In this document: positions 52,636 to 58,226 of the stretch, in pieces
How positions within the stretch are numbered: the first letter of the stretch is position 1
How the letters are laid out: each line of letters starts with the position of its first letter
NCBI GenBank assembly: GCA_964580765.1
Contig: CAZOKW010000002.1
Span: forward strand, 1-58,226
Reading direction: 5' to 3'
Source of the DNA: an uncultured Candidatus Saccharibacteria bacterium
Lineage (GTDB): Bacteria; Patescibacteriota; Minisyncoccia; 2-02-FULL-40-12; IGHO2-12-FULL-4
DNA length: 58,226 nucleotides
Notes under the pieces: model-generated
Seen by the model: only the letters and a program-made list of their open reading frames with translations
Told to the model about the DNA's origin: nothing
Database searches by the model: none
Position numbers and translations under genes: made by a program

Positions 52636-54356
52636 AGCGAGAATCCCGCTCTAAATTTTGGTTGATGGGGGGGAGCGTTTCCGGGCTCCTTCTTTTATTT
52701 CTCTGGCAAGGACTTTTTTCTGCTCCGCGAGAAAAATTAATTGACCTTCTTTTTACTAAACAAGAAAACACCGGTCAAATTGTCATCGTCGCCATTGATG
52801 AACCGAGCCTTAACGCTTTGGGACAATGGCCCTGGCCCCGCGCTGTCTTTGCCAATTTAATCAATCAATTGCAGTCGGCTAAGGTTATCGGGATTGATGT
52901 TAATTTTAAAGAGCCCTCTCGTTTGGGCCAAGCCGATGACTTCGCTTTAGAGCAAACTCTTAAAAACTCTAAGCCACCAGTGGTACTGACTAGTGAGATT
53001 CTTGACTTTGAGCAAACAATCGTGGCCTACCCTTTGGATCGTTTTCGCCAAGCCAGCCTGACCGGTTTTGCCAATGTGAGCACTGACCAGGATGCGGTGG
53101 TGAGGCGGTTTACGCCGAAAATATGTTGTGAAAAGAAAGAAAATTCTTTCGCCTGGGCCTTGGCTGAAAATTATAAAAAAGATTTTCTCTCTTTGCCCTC
53201 CGAAAATCGTCCTCGTATTAACTACTTCGGCTCCGCTGAAACATTTTCATTTTTTTCAGCTATCGATATTTTAGAGAGCCGGATTCCGCCGGATTTTTTT
53301 AAAAACAAAGCAGTGCTCATCGGCGCCACCGCCAACGATTTGCAGGACTTTCACCAAACGCCATTTGGCCGGATTAGCGGAGTGGAAGTACAGGCCAATA
53401 TTCTGGCCACTATCCTCGATGGAAAATATTTCACTTCCAGTTCTCTCCTGACTATTATTTCTATAGTTATTTTGAGTTTGGCCGCTGTTTTCTTAAGTTG
53501 GCGTCTCAAACAGTTTTGGAAACTTTTGGGAGCCATGCTGGGAGTAATCATTTTGTATAATCTGACCGTTTTTTTAAGCTTTGACCGCCGGTTTATTCTT
53601 GATTTGTTTTATCCCAATCTGGCCATCATCATCAGCGCGGTGATGGCAGTGGCCTGGCAATATGTGGCCACTTCCAAAGATAAAAAGTTTATTCAAGAGT
53701 CATTCGGCCGCTATTTAGCGCCGGAAATTATTGAAGAACTGATGAATGATCCAACCCGCCTCAAACTGGGCGGCCAGCGTAAAACAGTCAGTATCCTTTT
53801 TTCTGATATCAGGGGATTCACTTCGCTTTCGGAAAAACTGGAGCCGGAAAAGCTGACGCATATTCTCACCCGTTATTTGTCTGTGATGTCCGAGGTCATT
53901 ATGGAAACCCGAGGAATAATTGATAAATACATCGGAGACGCCATCATGGCTTTTTGGGGAGCGCCGCTTAGTGATTCTGCGCATGCCGCTCATGCTTTAC
54001 AGGCCGCCTTAAAAATGAGCGCGGCTTTAAAAGATTTGAATAAAGAATTTGAAAGAGATGGCTTGCCGCAGTTAGCCATAGGAATTGGCATCAACTCCGG
54101 AGAAGTCATTGTGGGAAATATGGGTTCGGAAAAAAGGTTTGATTATACAGTCATTGGAGATGCCGTCAATCTGGCTTCGCGTTTGGAGGGGTTAAATAAA
54201 ACCTACGGAACGGAAATCATTATCAGCGAAGCCACCAAAAATCTATTAAATCCGCAAGCAATCCAAGAAATGGGAGTAGATTTTAAAAAACTGGACATGG
54301 TGCAAGTTAAGGGCAAAGAAGAGGCCGTGGTAATCTACACGCCGGTTGCTGATTGA
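52632..54356 (+). CDS. CHASE2-sensor class III adenylate/guanylate cyclase
   Basis: Extracytoplasmic CHASE2-like region, 3 TM, and the cyclase core 'VSILFSDIRGFTSLSE...KYIGDAIMAFWGAP...IGINSGEVIVGNMGS...YTVIGDAVNLASRLE'. ATGA overlap with the FecR-like gene. Confidence 0.9.
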   Translation: MKRESRSKFWLMGGSVSGLLLLFLWQGLFSAPREKLIDLLFTKQENTGQIVIVAIDEPSLNALGQWPWPRAVFANLINQLQSAKVIGIDVNFKEPSRLGQADDFALEQTLKNSKPPVVLTSEILDFEQTIVAYPLDRFRQASLTGFANVSTDQDAVVRRFTPKICCEKKENSFAWALAENYKKDFLSLPSENRPRINYFGSAETFSFFSAIDILESRIPPDFFKNKAVLIGATANDLQDFHQTPFGRISGVEVQANILATILDGKYFTSSSLLTIISIVILSLAAVFLSWRLKQFWKLLGAMLGVIILYNLTVFLSFDRRFILDLFYPNLAIIISAVMAVAWQYVATSKDKKFIQESFGRYLAPEIIEELMNDPTRLKLGGQRKTVSILFSDIRGFTSLSEKLEPEKLTHILTRYLSVMSEVIMETRGIIDKYIGDAIMAFWGAPLSDSAHAAHALQAALKMSAALKDLNKEFERDGLPQLAIGIGINSGEVIVGNMGSEKRFDYTVIGDAVNLASRLEGLNKTYGTEIIISEATKNLLNPQAIQEMGVDFKKLDMVQVKGKEEAVVIYTPVAD

Positions 54357-54408
54357 TTTTAAAAAGACAACTTGCTATGATTATATTGAGACTTAAAGGA
54401 GGACAGAC

Positions 54409-54615
54409 GTGGAAGTTTCAAGGGTCAGAGAGTTGTTCATTGCGATGGTAGCGATTGGTGTTGGGATGCTGGTAGCATTTTATTTTTTATTACCAGTACC
54501 GGTATCTATAGAAGAACTTTGGCAAAATCTGCCGTTAAGAACATTTTTTTTGCTTTGCGCGCTTGGCGTGTCATATCTTATTGGTTCTTTTTTAAATCGT
54601 ATGATTCCTAATTGA
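54409..54615 (+). CDS. small two-TM membrane protein
   Basis: GTG start after AAAGGAGG, 68 aa. Confidence 0.4.
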   Translation: MEVSRVRELFIAMVAIGVGMLVAFYFLLPVPVSIEELWQNLPLRTFFLLCALGVSYLIGSFLNRMIPN

Positions 54616-54772
54616 ACTAGTTTCATTGATAGTTTGCCTCGTAAACAGAAAGCTCTACGCTTCATCTGGTACGAGGTTTTATTTTGGCAGTCAGCCACTG
54701 ACTTATTTTATACTCCAAGGTTTATCAGCAGAGGCGACTAAAATCAATTAAAAAAATCCGTGGTGCGGATTG

Positions 54773-55372
54773 TTAATAGACTATTCGGACTTTGGTAGAA
54801 CTAGTGGTGAAATGCATAGTTTCAAATCCATCAATTGATATTGCAACCTTTGCATATACCTCCATATCTGGCTTTATTTCAGGTTGTAAGAACCAATATA
54901 ATATATTTTTATCAAGGGCTGTTCTTAATTGTCCAGTATATTCTACTTTTCTTGCAAGCAATATCTCTAAACCGTCTATATGTTGTCGAGAATTGTTTTT
55001 ATTATCACTATTGTCATTTAGGTAAAAAAATCCCTCAAAACCACCAATGGCATGAAGGCCTGGTTCATAAATTATAATATCAGCCTTTATTTTGTGTGCA
55101 AGCTCGTAAAAGTTCTCGGCTTCGGAAATATTTTTTATCTTAATCGGAACTATGACGAGAGGATAAATCTTTTGATCCCTATCCGCCAGAACAGACTCTC
55201 TTAAGGTTGTCGCAAGAACTGGCATATAATCAAAGAATATTGATAAATTGCCCACCTCAATTTCCACACCTCTTAATGCTTTTTTCTCATTATAAACATC
55301 TTGCTGGGCAGATGCCTTTAAAGAGAATAGCAAGGCAAACATTACTACTAAGATGACGGCATTTTTTCTCAA
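54773..55372 (-). CDS. secreted hypothetical protein (AT-rich gene)
   Basis: Signal peptide 'MRKNAVILVVMFALLFSLKASA'. The hairpin AATCCG/CGGATT plus a T-tract (minus strand) at 54749-54771 acts as its terminator. Confidence 0.55.
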   Translation of the reverse strand: MRKNAVILVVMFALLFSLKASAQQDVYNEKKALRGVEIEVGNLSIFFDYMPVLATTLRESVLADRDQKIYPLVIVPIKIKNISEAENFYELAHKIKADIIIYEPGLHAIGGFEGFFYLNDNSDNKNNSRQHIDGLEILLARKVEYTGQLRTALDKNILYWFLQPEIKPDMEVYAKVAISIDGFETMHFTTSSTKVRIVY

Positions 55373-55519
55373 AGTAGACCACCTTAAATGTTTAAAGTTC
55401 TAGCAAGAACTATATCAAGATTACGACAAAAAAACAAGCACATTCTAACCTTTTTATTTTGGAGCGGGCCGTCTGTCCTTTGGACAAAACGAGCCTCGCT
55501 CAAATTGCAAAGCAATTTG

Positions 55520-55590
55520 AGCGGGTAAGGGGAATCGAACCCCTATGTCCTGCTTGGAAGGCAGGCGTACGACCATTGTACTATACCCGC
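55520..55590 (-). tRNA. tRNA-Gly (UCC), CCA not encoded
   Basis: Hand-folded: GCGGGTA-TA-GTAC-AATGGTC-GTAC-G-CCTGC-CTTCCAA-GCAGG-ACAT-AGGGG-TTCGATT-CCCCT-TACCCGC-T. Confidence 0.9.
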
Positions 55591-55659
55591 AATTTGTGAG
55601 CCCATCTTAACTTATTTTATCCTCTTTTTCAATTTTATATTTTTGTTATAATAAACTTT

Positions 55660-56709
55660 ATGGATAATAAAAAACTTCGTATTGCTATAAACGGATTTGG
55701 CCGGATCGGCCGGATATTTTTCAGGCAGGCCTTTGCTTCGCCCTCCGAAGCTTCAGCGAAGGAGGGAACTCCGGAAATTGAGGTGGTGGCCATCAATGAT
55801 CTCGGCTCGGCCGAAAATTTAGCATACTTGCTGAAATACGACACGGTTTATGGCCAGTTTGATAAAACCGTAGAAAGCAAGGATAAAGCTATGGTGGTGG
55901 ACGGCCGGGAAATACAAGTCCTCCAGGAAACCGAACCAGTCAAATTACCCTGGAAAAAAATGGAAATAGATGTAGTCGTTGAATCTACCGGAGTATTTGA
56001 AACAAAAGAAAAAGCTAGCGGACACTTGGAAGCGGGCGCTAAGCGAGTAGTAATCACTGCTCCCGCCAAAGACGAAGTTACCCCGACGGCCACTCCCAAT
56101 GTGGGTATGCAAACCTTGGCCGATGACTTGGTTACCTCCAACGCTTCTTGCACTACCAACGCTGTCAATCCGGTCGCCGCTGTTATGCAGAACAGCGTGG
56201 GAGTTAGAAAAGCTCTGTTGGTTACCGTTCACGGCTACACCGCTACGCAAGGTCTGGTAGACGGCCCGGACAAAAAAGGTGACTTCCGCCGGGCTCGCGC
56301 CGCCGCCCAAAATATTGTGCCCTCTACCACCGGAGCGGCCGAAGCCACTACCAAAGTGCTCACCGAACTTAAAAATAAATTTGATGGCATAGCCATTCGC
56401 GTACCGGTTATTTCCGGCTCGCTAATTGACTTTACTTTTCTGGCCGGACGGCCCACTTCTGTCAACGAGATAAATGAGATTTTTAAAAAAGCCGCTCAAG
56501 CCAAAGAATGGGAGGGGATTTTGACCGTTACCGAAGAACCGATTGTTTCCAGCGACATTCTCGGTAATCCCCACGGAGCCATTGTAGACCTTGCCCTAAC
56601 CAAAGTGGTGGATAACGATTTAGTAAAAGTTTTTGCCTGGTATGATAATGAGTGGGGTTATGGCGCCATGCTTCTCAAACATGTCTTGGCAGTAGGACAA
56701 CTATTGTAA
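55660..56709 (+). CDS. gap: glyceraldehyde-3-phosphate dehydrogenase, with an in-frame hairpin insert after the NAD-binding loop
   Basis: 'INGFGRIGR', 'SNASCTTN' active site and 'WYDNEWGY'. Confidence 0.95.
   Translation: MDNKKLRIAINGFGRIGRIFFRQAFASPSEASAKEGTPEIEVVAINDLGSAENLAYLLKYDTVYGQFDKTVESKDKAMVVDGREIQVLQETEPVKLPWKKMEIDVVVESTGVFETKEKASGHLEAGAKRVVITAPAKDEVTPTATPNVGMQTLADDLVTSNASCTTNAVNPVAAVMQNSVGVRKALLVTVHGYTATQGLVDGPDKKGDFRRARAAAQNIVPSTTGAAEATTKVLTELKNKFDGIAIRVPVISGSLIDFTFLAGRPTSVNEINEIFKKAAQAKEWEGILTVTEEPIVSSDILGNPHGAIVDLALTKVVDNDLVKVFAWYDNEWGYGAMLLKHVLAVGQLL
55747..55778. repeat. Family-6 GC hairpin insert, in-frame in gap
   Basis: CCCTCC-GAAGCTTC-AGCGAA-GGAGGG, encoding 'ASPSEASAKEG'. 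Confidence 0.7.
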
Positions 56710-56740
56710 GTTTAGAGTTGTGAGGGAAAAAATAAAAAAA

Positions 56741-56765
56741 GCGGTTGAATAAACCGCTTTTTTTA
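56741..56765 (+). terminator. rho-independent terminator after gap
   Basis: GCGGTT-GAATA-AACCGC plus TTTTTTTT. Confidence 0.8.
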
Positions 56766-56776
56766 TTACCAAAATG

Positions 56777-56785
56777 TGGTATAAT
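56777..56785 (+). promoter_or_regulatory. extended -10 element TGgTATAAT upstream of the tRNA-Pro locus
   Basis: Same TGnTAnAAT form as upstream of tRNA-Arg (58082-58090), lysS, holB, gap and mnmA. Confidence 0.5.
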
Positions 56786-56850
56786 AAGCGAAAGTCGCCT
56801 CTGCAACCTGACGGGTTTCACCCGCTGAAGGTCGCTACGGCGACCGAAAG

Positions 56851-57057
56851 CGGGCTGGCGTATGATGGTGGTACGACTGCTTTGGGGTTGGGAAAAATTG
56901 TCGGGGCGGAGCGTAGTATACCGGTAGTACACCTGCTTTGGGAGCAGATAGACCGAGTTCGATTCTCGGCGCTCCGACAATTTTTCTCAACGGGAATGCT
57001 GGGGGCATTCCCGGGCGCGAAGCGAGTTAGACTGGGTTCGATTCCCAGCAGCCCGAC
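56851..57057 (+). pseudogene. split/decayed tRNA-Pro-like gene interrupted in its anticodon loop by a 133-nt insert
   Basis: The 5' half is CGGGCTG-GC-GTAT-GATGGTG-GTAC-G-ACTGC-TTTGGGG (56851-56887). The 3' half is GCGAGT-TAGA-CTGGG-TTCGATT-CCCAG-CAGCCCG-A (57021-57057). The acceptor strands are perfectly complementary, and the anticodon stem needs a bulge. Confidence 0.6.
56907..56977 (+). tRNA. tRNA-Pro (UGG), CCA not encoded
   Basis: Hand-folded: CGGAGCG-TA-GTAT-ACCGGTA-GTAC-A-CCTGC-TTTGGGA-GCAGA-TAGA-CCGAG-TTCGATT-CTCGG-CGCTCCG-A. Has C1-G72 and A73 as in bacterial tRNA-Pro. There is one C.A mismatch at 27:43. Confidence 0.85.
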
Positions 57058-57211
57058 AAGCGAAGCGCAGGCGGGATGCGCAGTTGAGTTGCGAAGGCGA
57101 CGAAATGCCAAAGCCAGTAGGCGTGGTGCCCGACAAGCGAAGCGCAGGCGGGATGCGCAGTTGAGTCGCGAAGGCGACGAAATGCCAAAGCCAGTAGGCG
57201 TGGTGCCCGAC
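57052..57211 (+). repeat. two 77-bp tandem units plus a 6-bp third start (CCCGAC)
   Basis: 57052-57128 and 57129-57205 differ at one position (57090 T vs 57167 C). Each unit begins with the 3' end of the tRNA-like acceptor. Confidence 0.9.
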
Positions 57212-57215
57212 CAGA

Positions 57216-57242
57216 ATACAAAAGGGCCACCTGGTGGCCCCC
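57216..57242 (-). terminator. rho-independent terminator of the minus-strand GDPD gene
   Basis: GGGCCACC/GGTGGCCC hairpin followed, on the minus strand, by TTTTGTATT. Confidence 0.7.
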
Positions 57243-57253
57243 TGAAGGGAATA

Positions 57254-58012
57254 CTAAACGGAAACGGACTGCGAAGCCGATTTTTGCCCGAGACCCATCC
57301 AAGATAGCGCTTCGGCTTTGTCGGTAAACACACCGTCCACTCCCAGCGCGAGACAGTTGAACATGCTCTCCCGGTCATTGACCAGATACACCCTCACGGC
57401 AAAGCCGTGATGATATTTCAGATAGTCAACCAGTTCTCTGGTCGTTTTTCGACACGGAAAATGAATCCCTTCCACGCCAAAGCGTTTGAAACAATTCAAT
57501 TTTTTCCGGTCAACAGAGTGGAGCGGAAACTGCAAGTTGTCGGTCAGCCATGCCATTTCCATTTGCGGAAATTCTTTCTTCACCACAATCAGCTCGCTCT
57601 CCTCAAAAGAGGAAACGATAAGATTTTTCAGACCAGTCACTTCTTTCAAAAGATTGGCTAATATCTTGCCAGACCCTTTTTCTTTCAGTTCAACATTGAT
57701 CCCAATATGAGGCAGGAAATCATCCAACACCAGTTTTAGAGAGGGGATGCTCTGACTCCGCACAAAATGCATCGTTCCTTCAGTGCAAATTCCATTAGCC
57801 ACCAGGTTTTCAAAAAGATGTTCGCGGAATTTTATTCGCCGACCAGCATGATTAATCTCCGGATCGTGGTGAACGACTAGGTGGCCATCTTTGGTCAGAC
57901 GAGCATCCAGTTCCAGCATAGAAAAACCCATATTTACCGCCCGAGTGAAGGCGGTGAGAGTGTTTTCTTCAAATTTCCCTTGGTGAGCTCCGCGATGAGC
58001 GATAATCTGCAT
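57254..58012 (-). CDS. glycerophosphodiester phosphodiesterase (GDPD family)
   Basis: 'IIAHRGA', 'ELDARLTKDGHLVVHHD' and 'INVELK'. Confidence 0.85.
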   Translation of the reverse strand: MQIIAHRGAHQGKFEENTLTAFTRAVNMGFSMLELDARLTKDGHLVVHHDPEINHAGRRIKFREHLFENLVANGICTEGTMHFVRSQSIPSLKLVLDDFLPHIGINVELKEKGSGKILANLLKEVTGLKNLIVSSFEESELIVVKKEFPQMEMAWLTDNLQFPLHSVDRKKLNCFKRFGVEGIHFPCRKTTRELVDYLKYHHGFAVRVYLVNDRESMFNCLALGVDGVFTDKAEALSWMGLGQKSASQSVSV

Positions 58013-58110
58013 TCTGTCTCTCCTTTTGTGAAGTTTCTTACAAAGTTTAGAGTATCAGATATTTGGTTTACTGGCAAGATATGGTAAAATTCAATAACTT
58101 AATGAATTAT

Positions 58111-58185
58111 GCCCCTATAGTTCAATGGACAGAACGAGGGACTTCTAATCCCTAAATCCAAGTTCGACTCTTGGTGGGGGCACCA
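58111..58185 (+). tRNA. tRNA-Arg (UCU), CCA encoded
   Basis: Hand-folded: GCCCCTA-TA-GTTC-AATGGACA-GAAC-G-AGGGA-CTTCTAA-TCCCT-AAAT-CCAAG-TTCGACT-CTTGG-TGGGGGC-A-CCA. Confidence 0.9.
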
Positions 58186-58226
58186 AAATCTGACTTTCAG
58201 AAAATTGACCGACTTTTTCGTTGGCG

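Noticed and set aside
56851-57057. tmRNA (ssrA). The 3' end AGACTGGGTTCGATTCCCAGCAGCCCGA resembles the tmRNA T-arm and acceptor, and the 5' end has a GGTACGAC motif.
   Set aside because: The acceptor is C1-G72 with G3-C70, so it lacks the G3.U70 alanine identity pair. No CCA is encoded. I cannot find a tag reading frame or pseudoknots. The D-arm and anticodon loop are homologous to the neighbouring tRNA-Pro instead.
57052-57211. A CRISPR array.
   Set aside because: The 77-bp units abut directly with no unique spacers. There are only two copies, and no cas genes are in the window.
56787-57250. RNase P RNA or another large housekeeping RNA as an explanation for the ~450-nt GC-rich block.
   Set aside because: The universally conserved RNase P blocks (GAGGAAAGUCCGGGC-type CR-I, ACAGAACCCGGCUUA-type CR-V) are absent; only a loose GCGAAAGTCGCC is present. 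The internal tandem repetition is also unlike RNase P. This still needs an Infernal scan to be formally excluded.
56774-57378. ORFs of 177 aa (+), 186 aa (-) and 91 aa (-) spanning the tRNA-Pro and tandem-repeat region.
   Set aside because: They read straight through a canonical tRNA and through the 77-bp tandem units, giving repeated peptides. They lie in GC-rich structured DNA and have no SD. Almost certainly non-coding.

Overview
This 58.2-kb window is low in GC and gene-dense, and almost all genes are on the + strand. It reads like a core chromosome segment of a reduced-genome bacterium. A Patescibacteria/CPR-like origin is my inference from gene content and protein style; no searches were run.

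Recognisable content:
- Envelope and division: O-antigen ligase, GT39, murG, mreBCD, PBP2, an ftsQ-like gene, GtrA and two lytic-transglycosylase-like proteins.
- Translation and RNA: frr, proS, lysS, serS, mnmA, an rsuA-like gene, obg, greA and rny.
- Replication and other housekeeping: holB, dnaX, hup, gap, a DsbA-VKOR module, an S8 protease and RseP.
- Signalling and accessory: a CHASE2 class III nucleotide cyclase with a FecR-like partner, a patatin-like lipase and a VirD4/TraG-like P-loop ATPase.
- RNA genes: four intact tRNAs, Gln-UUG, Gly-UCC, Pro-UGG and Arg-UCU.

What stands out is not a classical defence island. The main observations are:
1. There is a heavy load of small palindromic repeat families, several of them inserted in-frame into essential genes (ligase, GT39, holB, murG, rseP, serS, mnmA, gap and the VirD4-like ATPase).
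2. Four copies of a 160-240-nt long-hairpin element share a conserved core and show covarying inner helices. Their outer arms differ between copies but pair within each copy.
3. A GC-rich tRNA-Pro locus has an intact tRNA-Pro sitting inside the anticodon loop of a decayed second tRNA-Pro. Two 77-bp tandem units follow it.
4. A perfect 182-bp direct repeat brackets a single 633-aa orphan gene at the 3' end of the ligase gene.
5. Two GC-rich, probably foreign single-gene cassettes each have a consensus sigma70 promoter.

All protein calls rest on motif recognition by eye, and coordinates of repeats and RNAs were hand-derived.
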